The notes under the pieces are model-generated. The model saw nothing but the letters and a program-made list of their open reading frames with translations. It was not told the origin of the DNA and did not search any database. A stretch of 32,000 bases of DNA from Candidatus Kuenenia stuttgartensis (lineage in GTDB: Bacteria > Planctomycetota > Brocadiia > Brocadiales > Brocadiaceae), in assembly GCF_900232105.1 (NCBI RefSeq), contig NZ_LT934425.1, positions 600,001 to 632,000 on the forward strand, given 5' to 3'. Positions 1 through 9,510 of this stretch are shown piece after piece. Made by a program: the position numbers and the translations under genes. Numbering within the stretch: position 1 is the first letter of the stretch; the number at the start of each line of letters is the position of its first letter.

Positions 1-490
1 TAAAAACAACTTCTGGCGGAAAGTATTTATTGAATTCAAATCTCTGTACACAATCGTATATTCTTTTTACGGCAGGAATTTTATCAAAAATATCGTTCAC
101 ATAATTCGCTGGATGGCTAATAATAACACTATCAAAATGGTTTATTTTGTACTTTTTCATTATTTTTCTTATCTGCAAAAGTGCTAACTTCGCATTGAGG
201 AATCGAAAGATTCCTCTTTGAAGAGGGAATATCTTTAATTGTATAAAACAAAGATGCTTCATAGTAAATCGGCCTTTTCCACCAACGTTTCTAACCAAAA
301 AGAATCTTTTAATGAATGCTTTAAGCATTTTGATAATTCCCACATTTTTAGCACTTATTCTTTCAATGTAAAATACATTAAAATCTTTAACCAAGAATTC
401 GACTATTGTTTGTTGTCGTTGTTTTAATAACTCCCAATCACGAATAGAAAATGAACCTATAATCAAAATATTTTTATTTTTTGTATCCAT
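1..490 (-). CDS. putative glycosyltransferase, N-terminal part (gene runs off the left edge)
   Basis: Absent from the ORF track because it has no stop in the window. My translation from the ATG at 490 stays open to base 1: MDTKNKNILIIGSFSIRDWELLKQRQQTIVEFLVKDFNVFYIERISAKN... The family call rests on polysaccharide-cluster context and the N-terminal beta-strand/Rossmann-like start only. Confidence 0.45.
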   Translation of the reverse strand, partial: MDTKNKNILIIGSFSIRDWELLKQRQQTIVEFLVKDFNVFYIERISAKNVGIIKMLKAFIKRFFLVRNVGGKGRFTMKHLCFIQLKIFPLQRGIFRFLNAKLALLQIRKIMKKYKINHFDSVIISHPANYVNDIFDKIPAVKRIYDCVQRFEFNKYFPPEVVF

Positions 491-625
491 TAAAATCTTT
501 TCTGGTTAATCACCTCTTAAAACGAGCTACTATTAAAGTGGTACAATAATTAATTATTTAAAATTCTTACGCCGCCTAAAGATACCGTAGGATATTCGTA
601 TGATTCATACCTTTCTCCATTCATA

Positions 626-2083
626 CTAATTACTCTCAAACTCAAGACCTGAAGAAATATTTTTTTGCGGGTTTTCCCGTACGATTACCCCATTATATAT
701 TCCTAGTAATCCCCAAAATATATGGCCGTTTGCAAGTGCGTTACCTGTTATACCATATACCAGAAAACTAACAAGCATTAGTAATGCAACCTTTGCAAAA
801 TCGTTTTCTTTAAGGTTTTTTACGGCAAAAACAAGCATAGTAAATAATAGGGTTAGATAGCCTATTCCTCCGAAAATCCCCGTTTCGGCAAACATGAGCA
901 TATAATCCCCATGTGCAGCTATATTTTTACCGAATTCGTGGGCGGATAATTCAAAAAATGTCCCAATCCCGCTACCAAAGATAGGATGCTCTTTGAAGAT
1001 ACTCAACGCATATTGAAACAACTCCAACCTTCCTAATGCAGAGCTATCAACAGTTGACGCACGAGAAATAATCTTGTTCGATATAAACACAAAGATTATC
1101 CCTAGCGGTAAAGCAAATCTCAATATTTTCTTATATTTGAACAAGAAGAAAAAAAGAATTAATTGGAGAGCAACTGCAATCCAGGTAATTCTGGTAAAAG
1201 TGAGAAGTATATTTAATAAAAATAAAAACGGTAGAAGACGATAAAGATATTTGCCGTCTTTCTTTCTCATGAAAAAATAGAGGTACAGCGGTAAAAATAT
1301 TAACAAGGCAAATGAATAGCCCGGCGCGTGCGGAAAGCTGGTTCGTATTCTTTCAAAACTTTGGATAATTTGATAATCCTGATAAATCAGATTAGTTATC
1401 GAACGTCCATAAAAGATATTATACCCAGTTATGTACTCAATAATCCCACAGATTAACAATGCGATAAAGATAGCCGTTATAAATTTGAATATCTTTTTTT
1501 CAATGTTATTGTTGCTGACAACAACAAAGTAGGTTAATAAATAAAAAGAAAACGCTGCAAGTACCCTGGTTAAACCCCTGACGGATGTCGACAGGCTCAC
1601 TGAAAATGGTGTCGTTAATACCAAATAGAGTGAAAATAGAAGTATCGGATATATGATGCTTTTATTCCAATACTCTCTTCTTACCTGAATAAAGTCTTTT
1701 AACCTTATATAAAAAAACAAAATCATCATTATATTTAGAATCCCCAGCAAATTAATGCTTTGGCTTCCCGATAATGAAATACTCAACCTATCTGCAAATC
1801 CTGCAAAAGCCAGATAGACAAAGAAATAAATATTTATAACTGCCAGTTCACTCCTCAAAATAAAGACGATGGTTATCGTCATTAACAAAAAGACAACCGC
1901 TAGTTTGGCATTATATAATAAAGAAACTGCAAATAGAGTTGAAAGCATCGCTACCGCAAAGACGTTCTTTCCCATTTCTTGTAACTTCTCAATAAATTGT
2001 GGTAGTTGGTAGTAAAAATACAAGTAACACCTTAGTTTTTTGAAACCGTAGGGGCGAACATTGTTATTGTTGGAATTTTTCAA
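626..2083 (-). CDS. O-antigen ligase / Wzy-type polysaccharide polymerase family membrane protein
   Basis: 485-aa ORF that is almost entirely hydrophobic helices. It has a Wzy_C/O-antigen-ligase-like segment (LTFTRITWIAVALQLILFF ... NIAAHGDYMLMFAETGIFGGIGYL). The true start may be internal (MGKNVF..., about 1975). Confidence 0.8.
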   Translation of the reverse strand: MKNSNNNNVRPYGFKKLRCYLYFYYQLPQFIEKLQEMGKNVFAVAMLSTLFAVSLLYNAKLAVVFLLMTITIVFILRSELAVINIYFFVYLAFAGFADRLSISLSGSQSINLLGILNIMMILFFYIRLKDFIQVRREYWNKSIIYPILLFSLYLVLTTPFSVSLSTSVRGLTRVLAAFSFYLLTYFVVVSNNNIEKKIFKFITAIFIALLICGIIEYITGYNIFYGRSITNLIYQDYQIIQSFERIRTSFPHAPGYSFALLIFLPLYLYFFMRKKDGKYLYRLLPFLFLLNILLTFTRITWIAVALQLILFFFLFKYKKILRFALPLGIIFVFISNKIISRASTVDSSALGRLELFQYALSIFKEHPIFGSGIGTFFELSAHEFGKNIAAHGDYMLMFAETGIFGGIGYLTLLFTMLVFAVKNLKENDFAKVALLMLVSFLVYGITGNALANGHIFWGLLGIYNGVIVRENPQKNISSGLEFESN

Positions 2084-2163
2084 AAAAATAAAGTGTTACA
2101 AAATGAACAAAGCTGGCTGCCTTTGGCAGCAACTTTATTATGTTTGGGTAAGTTATCAGTTCT

Positions 2164-3102
2164 TCAGGGATATTTTTTCGTTTTTAAAAGGCGGACGATC
2201 CCTTCTGTAAAACCTTGCAGTTGCCTATACTTTTCCTGATTCCCATTGCATAAAAATTCGATACCATAGATTATCCATAAGCCTGATAATGAATAGAAAA
2301 ATACGATATGGGATGCCATTGTTTTCTTTGCATGTTTTTTATACACGTAATAGTAGTTTTTTACCTCCATTACCTTTTTAGGCTGAATATCCATGCGATT
2401 TGCTTTACTACAATTGTGATAGAGTTTGGCCTCCGGAATCATTTTTAAAACCGCTTTCCGTGATATTCTGTAGGACAGTTCTGCATCTTCCCGGTAGCTA
2501 TAGCCGGTAAACCATTCATCAAATTTATCATTCTTCAAATGTTCGCTTCTAAAATTCATGTTACAACCTGAGAGCATCTCCACTTGCATTGGCCTGTCAA
2601 TTGCTATTCCAACGATGGGATATCCAAAACCGGAAACGGTCATCTTACCATCATAATTGTGGAGCATAAATATTTTCAGCATTGCCAGTCGAAGTTTCCA
2701 TTTCCACCCCTGAGGTTCACATTCAATCATTACGTTTCCACCAACTCCGCCTAATTTTTCATCATTTCTAAAATAACGGAGTACCTGTTCATAATAATCC
2801 TCAAACAAAACGACATCGTCATCTAAAAAACTAACGATTTCTCCTCTTGCGATATCTATGCCCTTATTTCTTGCAGCCACTAAACTTTTTTTTGCCTGAT
2901 AGATATATATAACCTCTATCTTATTAGATTTGGTTAACAATTGCTTTCTGCAATCTTCTATGTACTTTTTTGTATCACCGGTATCGCTTTGGTCAACGAT
3001 AATTACTTTTAATGGCAATACAGTCTGCAACAAAATTGAGTCAATAAGTTTTGCTAAGTCATTTTGCCGATTACACGTCGGAACGATGATGGAATAATTC
3101 AT
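2164..3102 (-). CDS. family 2 glycosyltransferase
   Basis: The N-terminus YSIIVPTCNRQNDLAKLIDSILLQT ... VIIVDQSD ... ARNKGIDIARGEIVSFLDDD is a typical GT2 (GT-A fold, DxD) signature. Its end lies 5 nt from the start of the upstream GT2 gene. Confidence 0.85.
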   Translation of the reverse strand: MNYSIIVPTCNRQNDLAKLIDSILLQTVLPLKVIIVDQSDTGDTKKYIEDCRKQLLTKSNKIEVIYIYQAKKSLVAARNKGIDIARGEIVSFLDDDVVLFEDYYEQVLRYFRNDEKLGGVGGNVMIECEPQGWKWKLRLAMLKIFMLHNYDGKMTVSGFGYPIVGIAIDRPMQVEMLSGCNMNFRSEHLKNDKFDEWFTGYSYREDAELSYRISRKAVLKMIPEAKLYHNCSKANRMDIQPKKVMEVKNYYYVYKKHAKKTMASHIVFFYSLSGLWIIYGIEFLCNGNQEKYRQLQGFTEGIVRLLKTKKYP

Positions 3103-3107
3103 ACTTG

Positions 3108-4007
3108 TTATTTAGGGAAATGCTTGCCTTTCCTGTATTGAATAAGTCCCTTAAAGTACCCTAATGTTGAAACCCTATCAAGATATAAAAAGTATACCAT
3201 TTTGCTTCTGTATAGTAAGAATGCAGAAAAAAAAATTGCTTTCCCTACATATTTTCGAAATATTTTCAGATATAAAATTAATTTATTATTTAGCTCTTTT
3301 ATTGTCTGAAATTTATTATCATATTTCGCATTCAGTAAACAAGCGCCATACGCATGCCTTTTACTTTGCAGATATAATCCTTTCGGGCTGGATCTATGAT
3401 GATGATATACAACACAATCAGCAGCATACATTAATTTCATCTTGCCATGGATTTGCATCCTCCATGCAAAATCGGCATCACCGCCGGAGACCCAATGTGT
3501 TTCAAAAAGGCCTATTTTATCGAATACAATCTTTTTGTAGCATACATTTGCAGTTACGGCGAATGGATAATAGGGATGGTTGAAATATCTTGATTGGTCT
3601 AATGCCCCCGCGAATAATTGATATTCTTCCACCAACGTTTTTGGTTTTCCACACCGAATCTCCCCTGCTACACCCCCAGCATCTTCTGCAGCAAAATACT
3701 TTATTGCATTACACAACCAATATTTATTTACTACACAGTCGCTATCAGTAAATGCCAGTATCTCACCTTCGGCATTTTTAACCCCTAAATTTCTTGCTGC
3801 ATAAGAACCCTTCACTTCTTTTTCTATTAATAATTTAACCGGAAATGCCTTAATACTTTGTAATGAGTTATCCGTGGAACCATTATCTACTATAATAATT
3901 TCCAGTTTTTCTTTAGGATAATTTAGATCCAGCAAAGACCGTATACATTCCGAGATCCTGGAGGCATCGTTATAATTTGGTACGATTATTGAAATTTTTG
4001 GCATCAT
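3108..4007 (-). CDS. family 2 glycosyltransferase
   Basis: ISIIVPNYNDASRISECIRSLLDLNYPKEKLEIIIVDNGSTDNS ... ARNLGVKNAEGEILAFTDSD is the classic GT2 signature. An AAAGGGG RBS-like motif lies upstream of the ATG at 4007. Confidence 0.85.
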   Translation of the reverse strand: MMPKISIIVPNYNDASRISECIRSLLDLNYPKEKLEIIIVDNGSTDNSLQSIKAFPVKLLIEKEVKGSYAARNLGVKNAEGEILAFTDSDCVVNKYWLCNAIKYFAAEDAGGVAGEIRCGKPKTLVEEYQLFAGALDQSRYFNHPYYPFAVTANVCYKKIVFDKIGLFETHWVSGGDADFAWRMQIHGKMKLMYAADCVVYHHHRSSPKGLYLQSKRHAYGACLLNAKYDNKFQTIKELNNKLILYLKIFRKYVGKAIFFSAFLLYRSKMVYFLYLDRVSTLGYFKGLIQYRKGKHFPK

Positions 4008-4140
4008 GAATTAACCCCTTTGAGCATGTATATTTTATTATCTCCTGAATCCTGCACTAAATTTTGATACTATTTTATAAACCCTTATTAATAAAGGTTT
4101 AGAGAGAATTTTGTTGGTCTTAATATTTAACCCATTAGTA

Positions 4141-4232
4141 CCTTATCAGTAATTTCTTTGCACACTTCCATTCGTCAGTGCGTGCTTTTTGGCAAAATAT
4201 TTAATGGCGAATCCGAAATGCTAAATTTCAAT
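4141..4232 (-). repeat. intergenic repeat 'B-box' copy (reverse orientation), with an extra internal hairpin
   Basis: The reverse complement reads gaaatttagcatttcggattcgccattaaatattttgccaaaaa[gcacgcactgacgaatggaagtgtgc]aaagaaattactgataaggtact. It matches the B-box copies at 16955, 17991, 22129 and 24472. Confidence 0.8.
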
Positions 4233-6660
4233 CCTACCCCTTACCCCTCTCCAAATCTAATCTTTACCCACAAATTTCAAGAGCACCGTAGTTGTACGGC
4301 CAATTGAGCTGAAGGCTAAGTGGTGTAAAGTTCGTAAGCAACTTCAATATCAGCCAAACGTGACATGCCTCGCCAAAGTACTTCACTTCCGGGATGGCCA
4401 TCACCACGGCGGCCCAGATGACCGCCAAGTTTACCTAAAAGCCGCACGGCATCATTAAGGCTTGGAGGTAAATCAGGAGGCTCCTTGACCTTGTTCGCAA
4501 AAGTTGTCAATGCTTTCCATTCAGAATCGCTGAAGTAGACAGTACAAGGGACATCAGGTGTTTCTTGTCCTAAAGTAGTCAGGTAATGGATACGCCAAGC
4601 TATAATCATATCAATGGCCAAAGCGTTGCACAGACGACGGGCACTCTCCAACTGCCGGGACTCGACACGACAACCGCTCTTGATAATACGATGATAACAC
4701 TCAATACCCCATCGGCGAGCATACCATTCCAAACGTTCGTAAGCATCTTTTTCATGCTTAACCGCAACTGTGGTTAACAGCATCCATTCTAACCCATCAA
4801 TTCCGATAGGCGGATTGACTTCCTGCGCCAGCACCACCCACACCCTGACCGCAGGCATATTCTTTTTTAGCATAGGTGGGCACAGCGTAACAGGCATCGT
4901 TCGTACCATAAGTATTGCCTGACGTGCGGAGCGTTTCTCACTCGGAGGTATCAATATTTCGCGGGTACCTATAACCGGTTGCTGTTCCAGTTTAGTCCAC
5001 AAAAACTCGCATGATTCTTTATCATCAACAACCTTTCTATTGCGCGAACGTTCTGCGCGGATCAGCAACTGAGCGCCATCAGGCGTATTATACTGCTCAG
5101 CGAATACCTCGTGAATATCGGCCTCACGATCTGCCACAACCACCAGTAAAGATTTGTTTCGACAGCGTTTCTGTACTTGCGATACTGCATGGTAACTCTC
5201 CACCCATTTCCAGCTTTCCTTCTCTTCGATAGGCTTCTTGTGTCGTTCATGTTTGCTGCCTATTCCGTCCCGCGCCCAGCATTGCACATTCAGAAGTCCC
5301 AAGGGTGTACCACTTTCAGTAAACGCCATCGTATCATGCACCATCAGTCCACGAACTTTTTCACTCTTAGTACCTATCGGTCCTAACCCCTGCGTATTCG
5401 GATGTGTGCTATAATTCAGAGTCGTAGTATCTTGCGCTACCAAAACCAAACTATTCTCCTTCACACGCTCTTCCGTGGCCTCATAATGAGCTTGCAATAT
5501 CGCCTTCCAATCTACATTCTCATTGTCAAGGAATCGGTATGCAGCCTTAGTCGCACTGACTGAACCGCACGCCTGCGGAATGTTTGCCAAAGGTTTGTCA
5601 TAAAACATACCTGTCATTTCTAAAAGTCTTGATGTCAATCGTGCATCGCCCAATTTTGTTCCTCCAAGTTCCGCCTCTATCCAATCCCGAGGCTCTTTTT
5701 GTGCCACTCTTTGGCGAACATGTACTTTGCCATCGGCACAACAACACAACACCGCCTGCCATTTCTTTTGCAACGGCATAACATAAACGTCTTTGACCGT
5801 TGCCCCTGTTCCTTTTCGTCCTCGACCTTCCGTGCCTCCAACATACTTCCAGTTAGCTGCCCGATAACAGCTTCCGGAAAACCGTCCTCGTTCCACATAG
5901 GTTTCTAAAAGTACAGGACGATATTTATACACTCTTTCCCAATCATCTACCAAACGTGTTTGGCATTTTGCCAATACATGCGATGCCAAACATTTTACTC
6001 TTACCGTAGGCGCTATTAAATACCTACTGTTATTGATAACAAACGTATGATTCCGCTTACGTGCTTCCTCAGTCCATCCTATCCACTCGTCGCGACTTTC
6101 CACCCGTCTGGCACAGGCACTATAACTTAGCCCTCCTATCCATCCGTAATATTCACTGCGTACAAGATACCGAAGTTGCGCCCCGCATAGGGGCCCACTT
6201 CCAAGATAATGATGCGCTTCTAACATGCTACGCCAAAGTTTCGAATGGAATCTCGTTGTAACCCGTATAATCTCTACGTCCCCCAACTCCGCTAGCTCGC
6301 ATGACACTTCCGCAATCGGAGGCGCCTCCGCAGGTTTATTGACTTTTTGAAATGCATAATGCCTGTTCACCTTTGGAAGATTGATCTCTTTACGACGATC
6401 CAATTCCAACAACGCCTTGCGACAACTCATCTCTTGCAAACGGCCCGCTTGATTCCTCCAGTCCATCCATTCGCATACCAGACGCGACAGTTTACGACGC
6501 GATAGGCACGGTTCCTTTTGGATAGTTTCTGATAAACGCTTTATTACATCATCTGAAAATATTCGACCTCCTACTCTAAGCATGTACACAGTGTAACATA
6601 CGGTTAACACGGTGTCCAGCAAAAAATATGGGTCATCCCCAGCTCCAAAGGGGGACAACC
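4233..6660 (-). mobile_element. IS4/Tn5-like insertion sequence (maximal inserted segment; exact ends unresolved)
   Basis: The outer limits are where the composite repeat (A-core + GC hairpin | B-box, uninterrupted at 17921-18069) is split. The segment is visibly more GC-rich than its AT-rich flanks. Candidate imperfect terminal inverted repeats are acccacaaatttcaagagcaccgt (4266-4289) against the reverse complement of 6609-6633 (acccatattttttgctggacaccgt). I found no convincing target duplication. Confidence 0.55.
4316..6583 (-). CDS. IS4-family Tn5-like DDE transposase fused to a DUF4338-like N-terminal domain
   Basis: The C-terminal about 450 aa look Tn5-like: LGDARLTSRLLEM, KAAYRFLDNENV, LVAQDTTTLNY, ADREADIHEVF, YARRWGIECYHRIIKSG (the YREK-type region), then a Tn5-dimerisation-like tail. 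The N-terminal about 300 aa resemble DUF4338 (RKLSRLVCEWMDWRNQAGRLQEMSCRKALLELDRR..., HYLGSGPLCGAQLRYLV, CYRAANWKYVGGTEGRGR). I place the start at MLRVGG (6583), because the track's upstream extension reads through a GC hairpin. Confidence 0.85.
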   Translation of the reverse strand: MLRVGGRIFSDDVIKRLSETIQKEPCLSRRKLSRLVCEWMDWRNQAGRLQEMSCRKALLELDRRKEINLPKVNRHYAFQKVNKPAEAPPIAEVSCELAELGDVEIIRVTTRFHSKLWRSMLEAHHYLGSGPLCGAQLRYLVRSEYYGWIGGLSYSACARRVESRDEWIGWTEEARKRNHTFVINNSRYLIAPTVRVKCLASHVLAKCQTRLVDDWERVYKYRPVLLETYVERGRFSGSCYRAANWKYVGGTEGRGRKGTGATVKDVYVMPLQKKWQAVLCCCADGKVHVRQRVAQKEPRDWIEAELGGTKLGDARLTSRLLEMTGMFYDKPLANIPQACGSVSATKAAYRFLDNENVDWKAILQAHYEATEERVKENSLVLVAQDTTTLNYSTHPNTQGLGPIGTKSEKVRGLMVHDTMAFTESGTPLGLLNVQCWARDGIGSKHERHKKPIEEKESWKWVESYHAVSQVQKRCRNKSLLVVVADREADIHEVFAEQYNTPDGAQLLIRAERSRNRKVVDDKESCEFLWTKLEQQPVIGTREILIPPSEKRSARQAILMVRTMPVTLCPPMLKKNMPAVRVWVVLAQEVNPPIGIDGLEWMLLTTVAVKHEKDAYERLEWYARRWGIECYHRIIKSGCRVESRQLESARRLCNALAIDMIIAWRIHYLTTLGQETPDVPCTVYFSDSEWKALTTFANKVKEPPDLPPSLNDAVRLLGKLGGHLGRRGDGHPGSEVLWRGMSRLADIEVAYELYTT

Positions 6661-6777
6661 ACCCCCTGCGCCCCCGCCAGCGGGGGGGCATTTTCCCTCT
6701 TTGGTGGGGGAATTCGTGCTTCGTGTTTCTTATCTTTTATCTCATGCTTGTTTAGTTCCGGCTATGCCAGCTTAGGT
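6661..6777 (-). repeat. intergenic repeat 'A' copy (reverse) plus GC hairpin
   Basis: 6714-6777 cgtgcttcgtgtttcttatcttttatctcatgcttgtttagttccggctatgccagctta is the reverse complement of the A repeat (taagccggcatagccagaaccaaacaagcacgagataaaaaatacgaagcac) seen at 22463 and 24759. 6664-6690 forms a GC hairpin (gcgcccccgccagcgggggggc) like the one at 17964-17990. Confidence 0.8.
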
Positions 6778-6816
6778 ATAGTATAGGTATTTTGTGCCAA
6801 TACTATAGCGTCCCCT

Positions 6817-8490
6817 CTACAGCCTCTTATAAAGTATCCTTGGTATAACAAAGGTGCGATTATTTAAAATGGCGCCAATTATATTGGCCTTTTTTTGTAC
6901 CAGAGGTGCAATTAACGCCTTTATTACGGGATGTTTGGTCTTGCTTTCATTTACTACCAGGACTGTTCCATCTAATGAAGAACTCAGTATATCCGCATCG
7001 TGAGAATTTCTTAAATTCGCATAGTCAACAAAGACAAACCCATATTTTCCTTTAGCTTCTTTTATGGTATTGGCCATACGTGTGGAATCAAAAAGGAGCG
7101 TGGGGTTAAGTGTTGTGTTGCCGGCAGTTAATACCGACAGGTTGCAATCTATCTCTTTGATAGCCTCTTCCAGTGCAATTTTTCCTTCGAGTACGTGCGT
7201 AAGGCCGGATTTATTCGGAATCTTAAACATTTCGTGTATTTCCGGGGATTTCAGGTTCGCATCAATAACCAGTACCTTATGGCCTTCTCTCGCAAGGGAA
7301 AGGCCGATGTTTGCAACTATGGTGGTAGAACCTTCCAAATGAGAGACGGCGGTTATCAAAAGAGCCTTTAGCTTTTTATCTTTCATCAATAGATATATCT
7401 GGTCAGAGAGGTCATGATAGGACGAATTCAAAACAGTTGCTTTTTTAGTGTTGCGGAGCAATGATTTATTTCTAAACCATTTTTTTGGAATAGCGCCTAA
7501 AAGTGGCAAATTCAAGAATGTCTCAACATCTCGCGGCGATTTGAATGTATGGTCAATATATTCCAGTCCAAAGGCGAACATAATTCCCAGGAATATGCTC
7601 ATAAAGAAGGCGAGGACAATGGATATTTTTTTCTTATCACTCGTTGAGCGAAGAGGTACCAGGGCCTGTTCAATAATTTTGACGCTTGCCGGGCCTATTG
7701 CCTCTATATCAGGAAGCGTTGCACCAGTAAGGTTTTGGGTCAACTTTTCAATATTTTCTCTTAATTGTACAACAATTGGCTGTTTTTCCCCATATTTTAG
7801 CTGAAGTTCTGCCAATTGTTGTTCAAGATCAAAGATAATATACGAGCGGCTTACTACGTTGGCAATCATAGCTGCAGATTGCGGGTTGAAATCGGTAGCG
7901 TGTATTGTAAATAACAAGGTGCCCCTTATTGGTTCTGCAATGATATTTCTTTTGAGTCTTTCAACCGCCTTACGGAATGCATATGGCTGTTCATGTATGT
8001 TACCGGAAGGATTTGCCAGCTCACCTTTGGTATGCAATATTCTGATTTGTCGATTATCATTCAAATCACTATAAGATAGGGACTCATTTTCGGATGAGAC
8101 AATATCTGATTTCAACTTCGACATCTTAAGTCTTAAATCTATCAAGTACGCTTTAAGTGAAGAGCAGTAATTCTTTTCATAGTCAGGCGGGCGCTCGTGA
8201 AGATTAAGCGCCCTTACTGCACGTTCGATTACGGGATTAGAAATTACAATCTCACTCTGAGTAAGAGATGCTTCGGATTGTTCATAAGCACCAAAACCTC
8301 TATAATAAGGAGAATCAATTTGTTTTTGTGCAGAAACAAGTATTTTAACCTGCGCCTCATAAACAGGTGTCCTGAGTTCCAGGCCGACAAAGACACTTAT
8401 TATAACAGTAATAAATGTGGTTATAATTACCGCTTTGTGTCTGAATACGACCCGCAAATAATCCCGCAATGTACTTAAATTTGAATTCAC
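6817..8490 (-). CDS. Wzc/GumC-like polysaccharide co-polymerase (Wzz domain plus degenerate BY-kinase-like P-loop domain)
   Basis: The N-terminus has a TM helix and a Wzz-like region (LRDYLRVVFRHKAVIITTF..., QSEIVISNPVIERAV), followed by a coiled coil, a second TM helix and a C-terminal MinD/BY-kinase-like domain (LLITAVSHLEGSTTIVANIGLSLAREGHKVLVIDANLKSP). I favour the GTG start at 8490, preceded by GGAGGG. The track's ORF extends to 8607. Confidence 0.8.
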   Translation of the reverse strand: MNSNLSTLRDYLRVVFRHKAVIITTFITVIISVFVGLELRTPVYEAQVKILVSAQKQIDSPYYRGFGAYEQSEASLTQSEIVISNPVIERAVRALNLHERPPDYEKNYCSSLKAYLIDLRLKMSKLKSDIVSSENESLSYSDLNDNRQIRILHTKGELANPSGNIHEQPYAFRKAVERLKRNIIAEPIRGTLLFTIHATDFNPQSAAMIANVVSRSYIIFDLEQQLAELQLKYGEKQPIVVQLRENIEKLTQNLTGATLPDIEAIGPASVKIIEQALVPLRSTSDKKKISIVLAFFMSIFLGIMFAFGLEYIDHTFKSPRDVETFLNLPLLGAIPKKWFRNKSLLRNTKKATVLNSSYHDLSDQIYLLMKDKKLKALLITAVSHLEGSTTIVANIGLSLAREGHKVLVIDANLKSPEIHEMFKIPNKSGLTHVLEGKIALEEAIKEIDCNLSVLTAGNTTLNPTLLFDSTRMANTIKEAKGKYGFVFVDYANLRNSHDADILSSSLDGTVLVVNESKTKHPVIKALIAPLVQKKANIIGAILNNRTFVIPRILYKRL

Positions 8491-8670
8491 ATTCCCTCCA
8501 TAGTGCTTAGCAATTAATAATGTAATCTTAACGAGTGCTTTTATTTGCGATAATAAACGATAGTATACAAAGCACTGGAATAAGCGAAAACACAGGTATT
8601 CGGGCACAAGTATATTATCGACAGCTTATGCAATTAAGCATTAGCCTGAAATAATAAAATATTTAAAACA

Positions 8671-9510
8671 CTAAAGTATTCCTTCTGCTGCAACCACTAT
8701 ATCATCCGGCTCTAATAGGATGTCTTTGCCGACGTCTCCTTTCATGGCGCCTTTAACGTCTACTTTAATGCTTTCATATCCCGGTTTGCCAGGGACTATT
8801 CTAAGGATTTTAACCCTGTCAGGAGAACCATATTTTGCAAAGCCTCCTGCCATGGAAATTGACCGAAGGACTGTCATATTATCCTCAAGTGTGAATTTGC
8901 CGGGTCTCATTACCTCGCCATACACAAAGAAATATCTGCTCTTTTCTACTACCAATATATCCCCAGCCTCAAGGTGCATATCAATGTTCGTACTGCTTTC
9001 TTTTGTATTTTTAAGGTCTATAATGAATTCCTTATATTCCTTATTGTCCTTCAGCTTACGTCTGAGTTTTACACCTCCATAAAGGCCGTCCAGAGTTATG
9101 CCTCCAGCTGTCGAAAGGGCCTTTAGTACGGTAATATCATCCTCAAGTACAAATCTTCCGGGATTTTTAACCTCACCATACACAAAATAATTAATGCTTT
9201 TAGACTCTGACAATGATACGGACACAACAGGATATTTTATGTAACCAGTAAGGCTTTTTGTGAGTTCCTTTTCGATATCGGGCAGCGTCATCCCTTTAAC
9301 ATAAATGACACCAACATAGGGAAAAGATATAGCTCCATCTGACGTCACGGGAGCTGTTGTTCTAAGGCTTTCATGCCCCTGTACGATTATTTGAAGAACA
9401 TCATCCACATTTACAGTATATTGTTCCCTAGGCTCATCTGCATAATTTGTTTTCGATATAATAAATAGACTGAAAAATACAAATAACACTACCAAAAAGC
9501 TTTTAAACAT
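8671..9510 (-). CDS. Wza-like polysaccharide export protein (Poly_export plus two SLBB-like repeats)
   Basis: It has a signal-like N-terminus. The Poly_export pattern is YTVNVDDVLQIIVQGHESL...VTSDGAISFPYVGVIYVKGMTLPDIEKELTKSL. Two repeats of the form YGEV.NPGRF.LEDD.TVL.A...AGG follow. Confidence 0.85.
   Translation of the reverse strand: MFKSFLVVLFVFFSLFIISKTNYADEPREQYTVNVDDVLQIIVQGHESLRTTAPVTSDGAISFPYVGVIYVKGMTLPDIEKELTKSLTGYIKYPVVSVSLSESKSINYFVYGEVKNPGRFVLEDDITVLKALSTAGGITLDGLYGGVKLRRKLKDNKEYKEFIIDLKNTKESSTNIDMHLEAGDILVVEKSRYFFVYGEVMRPGKFTLEDNMTVLRSISMAGGFAKYGSPDRVKILRIVPGKPGYESIKVDVKGAMKGDVGKDILLEPDDIVVAAEGIL

Noticed and set aside
6606-6617. 12-nt identity aacacggtgtcc shared with 25066-25077 as an IS-end footprint
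   Set aside because: It is too short, the flanks do not align, and the motif is partly palindromic. Chance is the likely explanation.
6584-6691. 36-codon N-terminal extension of the transposase ORF (MPPRWRGRRGWLSPFG...)
   Set aside because: It is a translation of the GC hairpin and IS-end region. DUF4338-type proteins begin at the MLRVGGRIF... position, so the start is set at 6583.
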